A DNA stretch of 64,000 nt, taken from NCBI GenBank assembly GCA_964016885.1, contig OZ024744.1, positions 5,456,001 to 5,520,000 on the forward strand, written 5' to 3'. This document shows positions 42,401 to 56,500 of this stretch, piece by piece (positions within the stretch are counted from its first letter, which is position 1; each line of letters starts with the position of its first letter). The translations under genes were made by a program, and so were the position numbers. The DNA is from Eledone cirrhosa. Its lineage: Eukaryota. Under the pieces are notes generated by a model, which saw only the letters and a list, made by a program, of their open reading frames with translations, searched no databases and had not been told where the DNA came from.

Positions 42401-43964
42401 GGTATAGAGTTCATCAGGATCAACGGTAGTACCTCACTATATGTGACATATTTAGGTGGTAACTGAGGTATAGAGTTCATCAGGATCAACGGTAGTACCT
42501 CACTATATGTGACATATTTAGGTGGTAACTGTGGTATAGACAGTTCATCAGGATCAACGGTAGTACCTCACTATATGTGATATATTTAGGTGGTAACTAT
42601 GGTATAGACAGTTCATCAGGATCAACGGTAGTACCTCACTATATGTGACATATTTAGGTGGTAATTGTGATATAGAGTTCATCAAGATCAACGGTAGTAC
42701 CTCACTATATGTGACATATTTAGGTGGTAACTGTGGTATAGAGTTCATCAGGATCAACGGTAGTACCTCACTATATGTGACATATTTAGGTGGTAACTGT
42801 GGTATAGACAGTTCATCAGGATCAACGGTAGTACCTCACTATATGTGACATATTTAGGTGGTAACTGTGGTATAGAGTTCATCAGGATCAACGGTAGTAC
42901 CTCACTATATGTGACATATTTAGGTGGTAACTGTGGTATAGACAGTTCATCAGGATCAACGGTAGTACCTCACTATATGTGACATATTTAGGTGGTAACT
43001 GTGGTATAGACAGTTCATCAGGTTCAACGGTAGTACCTCACTATATGTGTCATATTGAGGTGGTTACGGTGGTATAGAGTTCATCAGTATCAACGGTAGT
43101 ACCTCACTCTATGTGACATATTTAGGTGGTAACTGTGGTATAGACAGTTCATCAGGTTCAACGGTAGTACCTCACTATATGTGACATATTGAGGTGTTTA
43201 CGGTGGTATAGAGTTCATCAGGTTCAACGGTAGTACCTCACTCTATGTGACATATTTAGGTGGTAACTGTGGTATAGACAGTTCATCAGGTTCAACGGTA
43301 GTACCTCACTCTATGTGACATATTTAGGTGGTAACTGTGGTATAGACAGTTCATCAGGATCAACGGTAGTACCTCACTATATGTGACATATTTAGGTGGT
43401 AACTGTGGTATAGACAGTTCATCAAGATCAACGGTAGTACCTCACTATATGTGACATATTTAGGTGGTAACTATGGTATAGACAGTTCATCAAGATCAAC
43501 GGTAGTACCTCACTATATGTGACATATTTAGGTGGTAACTGTGGTATAGACAGTTCGTCAGGATCAACGGTAATACCTCACTATATGTGACATATTTAGA
43601 TGGTAACTGTGGTATAGACAGTTCATCAAGATCAACGGTAGTACCTCACTATATGTGACATATTTAGGTGGTAACTGTGGTATAGACAGTTCATCAGGAT
43701 CAACGGTAGTACCTCACTATATGTGACATATTTAGGTGGCAACTGTAGTATAGACAGTTCATCAGGATCAACGGTAGTACCTCACTATATGTGACACATT
43801 GAGGTGGTTACGGTGGTATAGACAGTTCATCAGGATCAAAGGTAGTACCTCACTATATGTGACATATTTAGGTGGTAACTGTGATATAGAGTTCATCAGG
43901 ATCAACGGTAGTACCTCACTATATGTGACATATTTAGGTGGTAACTGTGGTATAGAGTTCATCA
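22543..43964. repeat. Satellite B large tandem duplication, period ~10.6-10.7 kb (~158 monomers), 2 copies
   Basis: ORF offsets are 10642 (22683/33325, 23530/34172, 25245/35887, 26661/37303), then 10576 (28947/39523), then 10709 (31577/42286, 33059/43768). The copies are colinear and differ by a few whole-monomer indels. Confidence 0.9.
26331..30471. repeat. Satellite B tandem duplication, 2 x 2086 bp (~31 monomers), nested in the 10.6-kb unit
   Basis: ORF offsets are 2086 (26661/28747, 26861/28947). Markers GTTCCTCAGG, TTTAGATGG, ACTGTTGTAT and GGGTTAGAC repeat. The sister copy at ~37.0-41.0 kb has period 2020, one 66-mer shorter. Confidence 0.88.
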
Positions 43965-44693
43965 AGATCAACGGTAGTACCTCACTATATGTGACATATT
44001 TAGGTGGTAACTGTGGTATAGAGTTCATCAGGATCAACGGTAGTACCTCACTCTATGTGACATATTTAGGTGGTAACTGTGATATAGAGTTCATCAGGAT
44101 CAACGATAGTACCTCACTATATGTGACATATTTAGGTGGTAACTGTGATATAGAGTTCATCAGGATCAACGGTAGTACCTCACTATATGTGACATATTTA
44201 GGTGGTAACTGTGGTATAGACAGTTCATCAGGATCAACGGTAGTACCTCACTATATGTGACATATTTAGGTGGTAACTGTAGTATAGACAGTTCATCAAG
44301 ATCAACGGTAGTACCTCACTATATGTGACATATTTAGGTGGTTACTGTAGTATAGAGTTCATCAGGATCAACGGTAGTACCTCACTATATGTGACATATT
44401 TAGGTGGTAACTGTGGTATAGACAGTTCATCAAGATCAACGGTAGTACCTCACTCTATGTGACATATTTAGGTGGTAACTGTGGTATAGACAGTTCATCA
44501 GGATCAAGGGTAGTACCTCACTATATGTGACATATTTAGGTGGTAACTGTGGTATAGACAGTTCATCAGGATCAACGGTAGTACCTCACTATATGTGACA
44601 TATTTAGGTGGTAACTGTGGTATAGACAGTTCATCAGGATCAACGGTAGTACCTCACTATATGTGACATATTTAGGTGGTAACTGTGGTATAG

Positions 44694-47262
44694 AGTTCAT
44701 CAGGATCAACGGTAGTACCTCACTATATGTGACATATTTAGGTGGTAACTGTGGTATAGACAGTTCATCAGGATCAACGGTAGTACCTCACTATATGTGA
44801 CATATTTAGGTGGTAACTGTGGTATAGACAGTTCCTCAGGATCAACGGTAGTACCTCACTATATGTGACATATTTAGGTGGTAACTGTGGTATAGAGTTC
44901 ATCAGGATCAACGGTAGTACCTCACTATATGTGACATATTTAGGTGGTAACTGTGGTATAGACAGTTCATCATGATCAACGGTAGTACCTCACTATATGT
45001 GACATATTTAGGTGGTAACTGTGGTATAGACAGTTCATCAGGATCAACGGTAGTACCTCACTATATGTGACATATTTAGGTGGTAACTGTGGTATAGAGT
45101 TCATCAGGTTCAACGGTACTACCTCACTATATGTGACATATTTAGGTGGTAACTGTGGTATAGACAGTTCATCAGGATCAACGGTAGTACCTCACTATAT
45201 GTGACATATTTAGGTGGTAACTGTGGTATAGACAGTTCATCATGATCAACGGTAGTACCTCACTATATGTGACATATTTAGGTGGTAACTGTGGTATAGA
45301 CAGTTTATCAAGATCAACGGTAGTACCTCACTATATGTGACATATTTAGGTGGTAACTGTGGTATAGACAGTTCATCAGGATCAACGGTAGTACCTCACT
45401 ATATGTGACATATTTAGGTGGTAACTGTGGTATAGAGTTCATCAGGTTCAACGGTAGTACCTCACTATATGTGACATATTTAGGTGGCAACTGTGATATA
45501 GAGTTCATCAAGATCAACGGTAGTACCTCACTATATGTGACATATTTAGGTGGTAACTGTGGTATAGAGTTCATCAGGATCAACGGTAGTACCTCACTAT
45601 ATGTGACATATTTAGGTGGTTACTGTGGTATAGACAGTTCATCAGGATCAACGGTAGTACCTCACTATATGTGACATATTTAGGTGGCAACTGTGATATA
45701 GAGTTCATCAAGATCAACGGTAGTACCTCACTATATGTGACATATTTAGGTGGTAACTGTGGTATAGACAGTTCATCAGGATCAACGGTAGTACCTCACT
45801 ATATGTGACATATTTAGGTGGTAACTGTGGTATAGACAGTTCATCAGGTTCAACGGTAGTACCTCACAATATGTGACATATTTAGGTGGTAACTGTGGTA
45901 TAGACAGTTCATCAAGATCAACGGTAGTACCTCACTATATGTGACATATTTAGGTGGTTACTGTGGTATAGACAGTTCATCAGGATCAACGGTAGTACCT
46001 CACTATATGTGACATATTTAGGTGGTAACTGTGGTATAGACAGTTCATCAGGATCAACGGTAGTACCTCACTATATGTGACATATTTAGGTGGTAACTGT
46101 GGTATAGACAGTTCCTCAGGATCAACGGTAGTACCTCACTATATGTGACATATTTAGGTGGTAACTGTGGTATAGAGTTCATCAGGATCAACGGTAGTAC
46201 CTCACTATATGTGACATATTTAGGTGGTAACTGTGGTATAGACAGTTCATCATGATCAACGGTAGTACCTCACTATATGTGACATATTTAGGTGGTAACT
46301 GTGGTATAGACAGTTCATCAGGATCAACGGTAGTACCTCACTATATGTGACATATTTAGGTGGTAACTGTGGTATAGAGTTCATCAGGTTCAACGGTACT
46401 ACCTCACTATATGTGACATATTTAGGTGGTAACTGTGGTATAGACAGTTCATCAGGATCAACGGTAGTACCTCACTATATGTGACATATTTAGGTGGTAA
46501 CTGTGGTATAGACAGTTCATCATGATCAACGGTAGTACCTCACTATATGTGACATATTTAGGTGGTAACTGTGGTATAGACAGTTTATCAAGATCAACGG
46601 TAGTACCTCACTATATGTGACATATTTAGGTGGTAACTGTGGTATAGACAGTTCATCAGGATCAACGGTAGTACCTCACTATATGTGACATATTTAGGTG
46701 GTAACTGTGGTATAGAGTTCATCAGGTTCAACGGTAGTACCTCACTATATGTGACATATTTAGGTGGCAACTGTGATATAGAGTTCATCAAGATCAACGG
46801 TAGTACCTCACTATATGTGACATATTTAGGTGGTAACTGTGGTATAGAGTTCATCAGGATCAACGGTAGTACCTCACTATATGTGACATATTTAGGTGGT
46901 TACTGTGGTATAGACAGTTCATCAGGATCAACGGTAGTACCTCACTATATGTGACATATTTAGGTGGCAACTGTGATATAGAGTTCATCAAGATCAACGG
47001 TAGTACCTCACTATATGTGACATATTTAGGTGGTAACTGTGGTATAGACAGTTCATCAGGATCAACGGTAGTACCTCACTATATGTGACATATTTAGGTG
47101 GTAACTGTGGTATAGACAGTTCATCAGGTTCAACGGTAGTACCTCACAATATGTGACATATTTAGGTGGTAACTGTGGTATAGACAGTTCATCAAGATCA
47201 ACGGTAGTACCTCACTATATGTGACATATTTAGGTGGTTACTGTGGTATAGACAGTTCATCA
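44694..47262. repeat. Satellite B tandem duplication, 2 x 1280 bp (19 monomers)
   Basis: ORFs 45314/46594 and 45405/46685 are offset by 1280. The GTTCCTCAGG marker is at 44831/46111, and the GGTACTACC variant is repeated. Confidence 0.88.
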
Positions 47263-50200
47263 TGATCAACGGTAGTACCTCACTATATGTGACATATTTA
47301 GGTGGTAACTGTGGTATAGACAGTTCATCAGGATCAACGGTAGTACCTCACTATATGTGACATATTCAGGTGGTAACTGTGGTATAGAGTTCATCAGGAT
47401 CAACGGTAGTACCTCACTATATGTGACATATTTAGGTGGTAACTGTGGTATAGAGTTCATCAGGATCAACGGAGTACCTCACTATATGTGACATATTTAG
47501 GTGGTAACTGTGGTATAGAGTTCATCAAGATCAAGGGTAGTACCTCACTATATGTGACATATTTAGGTGGTAACTGTGGTATAGACAGTTCATCAAGATC
47601 AACGGTAGTACCTCACTATATGTGACATATTTAGGTGGTAACTGTGGTATAGAGTTCATCAGGATTAACGGTAGTACCTCACAATATGTGACATATTTAG
47701 GTGGTAACTGTGGTATAGACAGTTCATCAGGATCAACTGTATTACCTCACTATATGTGACATATTTAGGTGGTAACTGTGGTATAGACAGTTAATCAGGA
47801 TCAAGGGTAGTACCTCACTATATGTGACATATTTAGGTGGTAACTGTAGTATAGACAGTTCATCAGGATCAACGGTAGTACCTCACTATATGTGACATAT
47901 TTAGGTGGTAACTGTGGTATAGACAGTTCATCAGGATCAACTGTAGTACCTCACTATATGTGACATATTTAGGTGGTAACTGTGGTATAGACAGTTAATC
48001 AGGATCAAGGGTAGTACCTCACTATATGTGACATATTTAGGTGGTAACTATGGTATAGACAGTTCATCAGGATCAACGGTAGTACCTCACTATATGTGAC
48101 ATATTTAGGTGGTAACTGTGGTATAGACAGTTCATCAAGATCAACGGTAGTACCTCACTATATGTGACATATTTAGGTGGTAACTGTGGTATAGAGTTCA
48201 TCAGGATCAACGGTAGTACCTCACTATATGTGACATATTTAGGTGGTAACTGTGGTATAGACAGTTCATCAGGATCAACTGTAGTACCTCACTATATGTG
48301 ACATATTTAGGTGGTAACTGTGGTATAGACAGTTAATCAGGATCAAGGGTAGTACCTCACTATATGTGACATATTTAGGTGGTAACTATGGTATAGACAG
48401 TTCATCAGGATCAACGGTAGTACCTCACTATATGTGACATATTTAGGTGGTAACTGTGGTATAGAGTTCATCAGGATCAACGGTAGCACCTCACTATATG
48501 TGACATATTTAGGTGGTAACTCTGGTATAGACAGTTCATCAGGATCAACTGTAATACCTCACTATATGTGACATATTTAGGTGGTAACTGTGGTATAGAC
48601 AGTTCATCAGGATCAACGGTAGTACCTCACTCTATGTGACATATTTAGGTGGTAACTGTGGTATAGACAGTCCATCAAGATCAACGGTAGTACCTCACTA
48701 TATGTGACATATTTAGGTGGTAACTGTGGTATAGAGTTCATCAGGATCAACGGTAGTACCTCACTATATGTGACATATTTAGGTGGTTACTGTGGTATAG
48801 ACAGTTCATCAGGATCAACGGTAGTACCTCACTATATGTGACATATTTAGGTGGTAACTGTGGTATAGACAGTTCATCAGGTTCAACGGTAGTACCTCAC
48901 TATATGTGACATATTTAGGTGGTAACTGTGATATAGACAGTTCATCAGGATCAACGGTAGTACCTCACTATATGTGACATATTTAGGTGGTAACTGTGGT
49001 ATAGAGTTCATCAGGATCAACGGTAGTACCTCACTATATGTGACATATTTAGGTGGTAACTGTGGTATAGACAGTTCATCAGGATCAACGCTAGTACCTC
49101 ACTATATGTGACATATTTAGGTGGTAACTGTGGTATAGAGTCCATCAGGATCAACGGTAGTACCTCACTATATGTGACATATTTAGGTGGTAACTGTGGT
49201 ATAGAGTTCATCACGATCAACGGTAGTACCTCACTATATGTGACATATTTAGGTGGTAACTGTGGTATAGACAGTTCATCAGGATCAACGGTAGTACCTC
49301 ACTATATGTGACATATTTAGGTGGTAACTGTGGTATAGACAGTTCATCATGATCAACGGTAGTACCTCACTATATGTGACATATTTAGGTGGTAACTGTG
49401 GTATAGAGTTCATCAGGATCAACGGTAGTACCTCACTATATGTGACATATTTAGGTGGTAACTGTGGTATAGAGTTCATCAGGATTAACGGTAGTACCTC
49501 ACTATATGTGACATATTTAGGTGGTAACTGTGGTATAGAGTTCATCAGGATCAACGTTAGTACCTCACTATATGTGACATATTTAGGTGGTAACTGTGGT
49601 ATAGACAGTTAATCAGGATCAAGGGTAGTACCTCACTATATGTGACATATTTAGGTGGTAACTGTGGTATAGACAGTTCATCAGGATCAACGGTAGTACC
49701 TCACTATATGTGACATATTTAGGTGGTAACTGTGGTATAGACAGTTCATCAAGATCAACGGTAGTACCTCACTATATGTGACATATTTAGGTGGTAACAG
49801 TGGTATAGAGTTCATCAGGATCAACGGTAGTACCTCACTATATGTGACATATTTAGGTGGTAACTGTGGTATAGACAGTTCATCAAGATCAACGGTAGTA
49901 CCTAACTATATGTGACATATTTAGGTGGTAACTGTGGTATAGACAGTTCATCAAGATCAACGGTAGTACCTCACTATATGTGACATATTTAGGTGGTTAC
50001 TGTAGTATAGAGTTCATCAGGATCAACGGTAGTACCTCACTCTATGTGACATATTTAGGTGGTAACTGTGGTATAGACAGTTCATCAGGATCAAGGGTAG
50101 TACCTCAATATATGTGACATATTTAGGTGGTAACTGTGGTATAGACAGTTCATCAGGATCAACGGTAGTACCTCACTATATGTGACATATTTAGGTGGTA

Positions 50201-53200
50201 ACTGTGGTATAGACAGTTCATCAGGATCAACGGTAGTACCTCACTATATGTGACATATTTAGGTGGTAACTGTGGTATAGAGTTCATCAGGATCAACGGT
50301 AGTACCTCACTATATGTGACATATTTAGGTGGTAACGGTGGTATAGACAGTTCATCATGATCAACGGTAGTACCTCACTATATGTGACATATTTAGGTGG
50401 TAACTGTGGTATAGGCAGTTCATCAGGATCAACGGTAGTACCTCACTATATGTGACATATTTAGGTGGTAACTGTGGTATAGAGTTCATCAGGATCAACG
50501 GTAGTACCTCACTATATGTGACATATTTAGGTGGTAACTGTGGTATAGACAGTTCATCATGATCAACGGTAGTACCTCACTATATGTGACATATTTAGGT
50601 GGTAACTGTGGTATAGACAGTTCATCAGGATCAACGGTAGTACCTCACTATATGTGACATATTTAGGTGGTAACTGTGGTATAGAGTTCATCAGGTTCAA
50701 CGGTAGTACCTCACTATATGTGACATATTTAGGTGGTAACTGTGGTATAGACAGTTCATCAGGATCAACGGTAGTACCTCACTATATGTGACATATTTAG
50801 GTGGTAACTGTGGTATAGACAGTTCATCATGATCAACGGTAGTACCTCACTATATGTGACATATTTAGGTGGTAACTGTGGTATAGACAGTTTATCAAGA
50901 TCAACGGTAGTACCTCACTATATGTGACATATTTAGGTGGTAACTGTGGTATAGACAGTTCATCAGGATCAACGGTAGTACCTCACTATATGTGACATAT
51001 TTAGGTGGTAACTGTGGTATAGAGTTCATCAGGTTCAACGGTAGTACCTCACTATATGTGACATATTTAGGTGGCAACTGTGATATAGAGTTCATCAAGA
51101 TCAACGGTAGTACCTCACTATATGTGACATATTTAGGTGGTAACTGTGGTATAGAGTTCATCAGGATCAACGGTAGTACCTCACTATATGTGACATATTT
51201 AGGTGGTTACTGTGGTATAGACAGTTCATCAGGATCAACGGTAGTACCTCACTATATGTGACATATTTAGGTGGCAACTGTGATATAGAGTTCATCAAGA
51301 TCAACGGTAGTACCTCACTATATGTGACATATTTAGGTGGTAACTGTGGTATAGACAGTTCATCAGGATCAACGGTAGTACCTCACTATATGTGACATAT
51401 TTAGGTGGTAACTGTGGTATAGACAGTTCATCAGGTTCAACGGTAGTACCTCACTATATGTGACATATTTAGGTGGTAACTGTGGTATAGACAGTTCATC
51501 AAGATCAACGGTAGTACCTCACTATATGTGACATATTTAGGTGGTTACTGTGGTATAGACAGTTCATCATGATCAACGGTAGTACCTCACTATATGTGAC
51601 ATATTTAGGTGGTAACTGTGGTATAGACAGTTCATCAGGATCAACGGTAGTACCTCACTATATGTGACATATTCAGGTGGTAACTGTGGTATAGAGTTCA
51701 TCAGGATCAACGGTAGTACCTCACTATATGTGACATATTTAGGTGGTAACTGTGGTATAGAGTTCATCAGGATCAACGGAGTACCTCACTATATGTGACA
51801 TATTTAGGTGGTAACTGTGGTATAGAGTTCATCAAGATCAAGGGTAGTACCTCACTATATGTGACATATTTAGGTGGTAACTGTGGTATAGACAGTTCAT
51901 CAGGATCAACGGTAGTACCTCACTATATGTGACATATTTCGGTGGTAACTGTAGTATAGACAGTTCATCAGGATCAACGGTAGTACCTCACTATATGTGA
52001 CATATTTAGGTGGTAACTGTGGTATAGACAGTTCATCAGGATCAACTGTAGTACCTCACTATATGTGACATATTTAGGTGGTAACTGTGGTATAGACAGT
52101 TAATCAGGATCAAGGGTAGTACCTCACTATATGTGACATATTTAGGTGGTAACTATGGTATAGACAGTTCATCAGGATCAACGGTAGTACCTCACTATAT
52201 GTGACATATTTAGGTGGTAACTGTGGTATAGAGTTCATCAGGATCAACGGTAGCACCTCACTATATGTGACATATTTAGGTGGTAACTCTGGTATAGACA
52301 GTTCATCAGGATCAACTGTAATACCTCACTATATGTGACATATTTAGGTGGTAACTGTGGTATAGACAGTTCATCAGGATCAACGGTAGTACCTCACTCT
52401 ATGTGACATATTTAGGTGGTAACTGTGGTATAGACAGTCCATCAAGATCAACGGTAGTACCTCACTATATGTGACATATTTAGGTGGTAACTGTGGTATA
52501 GAGTTCATCAGGATCAACGGTAGTACCTCACTATATGTGACATATTTAGGTGGTTACTGTGGTATAGACAGTTCATCAGGATCAACGGTAGTACCTCACT
52601 ATATGTGACATATTTAGGTGGTAACTGTGATATAGACAGTTCATCAGGATCAACGGTAGTACCTCACTATATGTGACATATTTAGGTGGTAACTGTGGTA
52701 TAAAGTTCATCAGGATCAACGGTAGTACCTCACTATATGTGACATATTTAGGTGGTAACCGTGGTATAGACAGTTCATCAGGATCAACGGTAGTACCTCA
52801 CTATATGTGACATATTTAGGTGGTAACTGTGGTATAGAGTTCATCAGGATCAACGGTAGTACCTCACTATATGTGACATATTTAGGTGGTAACTGTGGTA
52901 TAGACAGTTCATCAGGATCAACGCTAGTACCTCACTATATGTGACATATTTAGGTGGTTACTGTGGTATAGACAGTTCATCATGATCAACGGTAGTACCT
53001 CACTATATGTGACATATTTAGGTGGTAACTGTGGTATAGAGTTCATCAGGATCAACGGTAGTACCTCACTATATGTGACATATTTAGGTGGTAACTGTGG
53101 TATAGAGTTCATCAGGATTAACGGTAGTACCTCACTATATGTGACATATTTAGGTGGTAACTGTGGTATAGAGTTCATCAGGATCAACGTTAGTACCTCA

Positions 53201-53500
53201 CTATATGTGACATATTTAGGTGGTAACTGTGGTATAGACAGTTAATCAGGATCAAGGGTAGTACCTCACTATATGTGACATATTTAGGTGGTAACTGTGG
53301 TATAGACAGTTCATCAGGATCAACGGTAGTACCTCACTATATGTGACATATTTAGGTGGTAACTGTGGTATAGACAGTTCATCAAGATCAACGGTAGTAC
53401 CTCACTATATGTGACATATTTAGGTGGTAACTGTGGTATAGAGTTCATCAGGATCAACGGTAGTACCTCACTATATGTGACATATTTAGGTGGTAACTGT
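46120..53500. repeat. Satellite B imperfect duplication, offset ~4307 bp shrinking to ~3633 bp
   Basis: ORF offsets are 4307 (46594/50901, 47266/51573) and 3633 (49349/52982). Shared markers are ATATTCAGG, CGGAGTACC, GTAGCACC and AACTCTGG. The second copy has ~10 fewer monomers. Boundaries are approximate. Confidence 0.75.
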
Positions 53501-56500
53501 GGTATAGACAGTTCATCAGGATCAACGGTAGTACCTCACTATATGTGACATATTTAGGTGGTTACGGTGGTATAGACAGTTCATCAATATCAACGGTAGT
53601 ACCTCACTATATGTGACATATTTAGGTGGTAACTGTGGTATAGAGTTCATCAGGATTAACGGTAGTACCTCACTATATGTGACATATTTAGGTGGTAACT
53701 GTGGTATAGAGTTCATCAGGATTAACGGTAGTACCTCACTATATGTGACATATTTAGGTGGTAACTGTGGTATAGACAGTTCATCAGGATCAACGGTAGT
53801 ACCTCACTATATGTGACATATTTAGGTGGTAACTGTGGTATAGACAGTCCATCAAGATCAACGGTAGTACCTCACTATATGTGACATATTTATGTGGTAA
53901 CTGTAGTATAGAGTTCATCAGGATCAACGGTAGTACCTCACTATATGTGACATATTTAGGTGGTAACTGTGGTATAGACAGTCCATCAAGATCAACGGTA
54001 GTACCTCACTATATGTGACATATTTAGGTGGTAACTGTGGTATAGACAGTTCATCAGGATCAACGGTAGTACCTCACTATATGTGACATATTTAGGTGGT
54101 AACTGTGGTATAGAGTTCATCAGGATTAACGGTAGTACCTCACTATATGTGACATATTTAGGTGGTAACTGTGGTATAGACAGTTCATCAGGATCAACGG
54201 TAGTACCTCACTATATGTGACATATTTAGGTGGTAACTGTGGTATAGACAGTTCATCAGGATCAACGGTAGTACCTCACTATATGTGACATATTTAGGTG
54301 GTAACTGTGGTATAGACAGTTCATCAGGATCAACGGTAGTACCTCACTATATGTGACATATTTAGGTGGTAACTGTGGTATAGAGTTCATCAGGATTAAC
54401 GGTAGTACCTCACTATATGTGACATATTTAGGTGGTAACTGTGGTATAGACAGTTCATCAGGATCAACGGTAGTACCTCACTATATGTGACATATTTAGG
54501 TGGTAACTGTGGTATAGACAGTCCATCAAGATCAACGGTAGTACCTCACTATATGTGACATATTTAGGTGGTAACTGTAGTATAGAGTTCATCAGGATCA
54601 ACGGTAGTACCTCACTATATGTGACATATTTAGGTGGTAACTGTGGTATAGACAGTCCATCAAGATCAACGGTAGTACCTCACTATATGTGACATATTTA
54701 GGTGGTAACTGTGGTATAGACAGTTCATCAGGATCAACGGTAGTACCTCACTCTATGTGACATATTTAGGTGGTAACTGTGGTATAGAGTTCATCAGGAT
54801 CAACGGTAGTACCTCACTATATGTGACATATTTAGGTGGTAACTGTGGTATAGACAGTTCATCAGGATCAACGGTAGTACCTCACTATATGTGACATATT
54901 TAGGTGGTAACTGTGGTATAGACAGTTCATCAGGATCAACGGTAGTACCTCACTATATGTGACATATTTAGGTGGTAACTGTGGTATAGACAGTTCATCA
55001 GGATCAAAGGTAGTACCTCACTATATGTGACATATTGAGGTGGTTACGGTGGTATAGACAGTTCATCAGGATCAAAGGTAGTACCTCACTATATGTGACA
55101 TATTTAGGTGGTAACTGTGGTATAGACAGTTCATCAGGATCAACGGTAGTACCTCACTATATGTGACATATTTAGGTGGTAACTGTGGTATAGAGTTCAT
55201 CAAGATCAACGGTAGTACCTCACTATATGTGACATATTTAGGTGGTAACTGTGGTATAGAGTTCATCAGGATCAACGGTAGTACCTCACTATATGTGACA
55301 TATTTAGGTGGTAACTGTGGTATAGACAGTTCATCAAGATCAACGGTAGTACCTCACTATATGTGACATATTTAGGTGGTAACTGTGGTATAGAGTTCAT
55401 CAGGATTAACGGTAGTACCTCACTATATGTGACATATTTAGGTGGTAACTGTGGTATAGACAGTTCATCAGGATCAACGGTAGTACCTCACTATATGTGA
55501 CATATTTAGGTGGTTACGGTGGTATAGACAGTTCATCAAGATCAACGGTAGTACCTCACTATATGTGACATATTTAGGTGGTAACTGTGGTATAGAGTTC
55601 ATCAGGATTAACGGTAGTACCTCACAATATGTGACATATTTAGGTGGTAACTGTAGTATAGAGTTCATCAGGATCAAGGGTAGTACCTCACTATATGTCA
55701 CATATTTAGGTGGTAACTGTGGTATAGACAGTTCATCAGGATCAACGGTAGTACCTCACTATATGTGACATATTTAGGTGGTAACTGTGGTATAAAGTTC
55801 ATCAGGATCAACGGTAGTACCTCACTATATGTGACATATTTAGGTGGTAACTGTGGTATAAAGTTCATCAGGATCAACGGTAGTACCTCACTATATGTGA
55901 CATATTTAGGTGGTAACCGTGGTATAGACAGTTCATCAGGATCAACGGTAGTACCTCACTATATGTGACATATTTAGGTGGTAACTGTGGTATAGAGTTC
56001 ATCAGGATCAACGGTAGTACCTCACTATATGTGACATATTTAGGTGGTAACTGTGGTATAGACAGTTCATCAGGATCAACGCTAGTACCTCACTATATGT
56101 GACATATTTAGGTGGTTACTGTGGTATAGACAGTTCATCATGATCAACGGTAGTACCTCACTATATGTGACATATTTAGGTGGTAACTGTGGTATAGAGT
56201 TCATCAGGATCAACGGTAGTACCTCACTATATGTGACATATTTAGGTGGTAACTGTGGTATAGAGTTCATCAGGATTAACGGTAGTACCTCACTATATGT
56301 GACATATTTAGGTGGTAACTGTGGTATAGAGTTCATCAGGATCAACGTTAGTACCTCACTATATGTGACATATTTAGGTGGTAACTGTGGTATAGACAGT
56401 TAATCAGGATCAAGGGTAGTACCTCACTATATGTGACATATTTAGGTGGTAACTGTGGTATAGACAGTTCATCAGGATCAACGGTAGTACCTCACTATAT

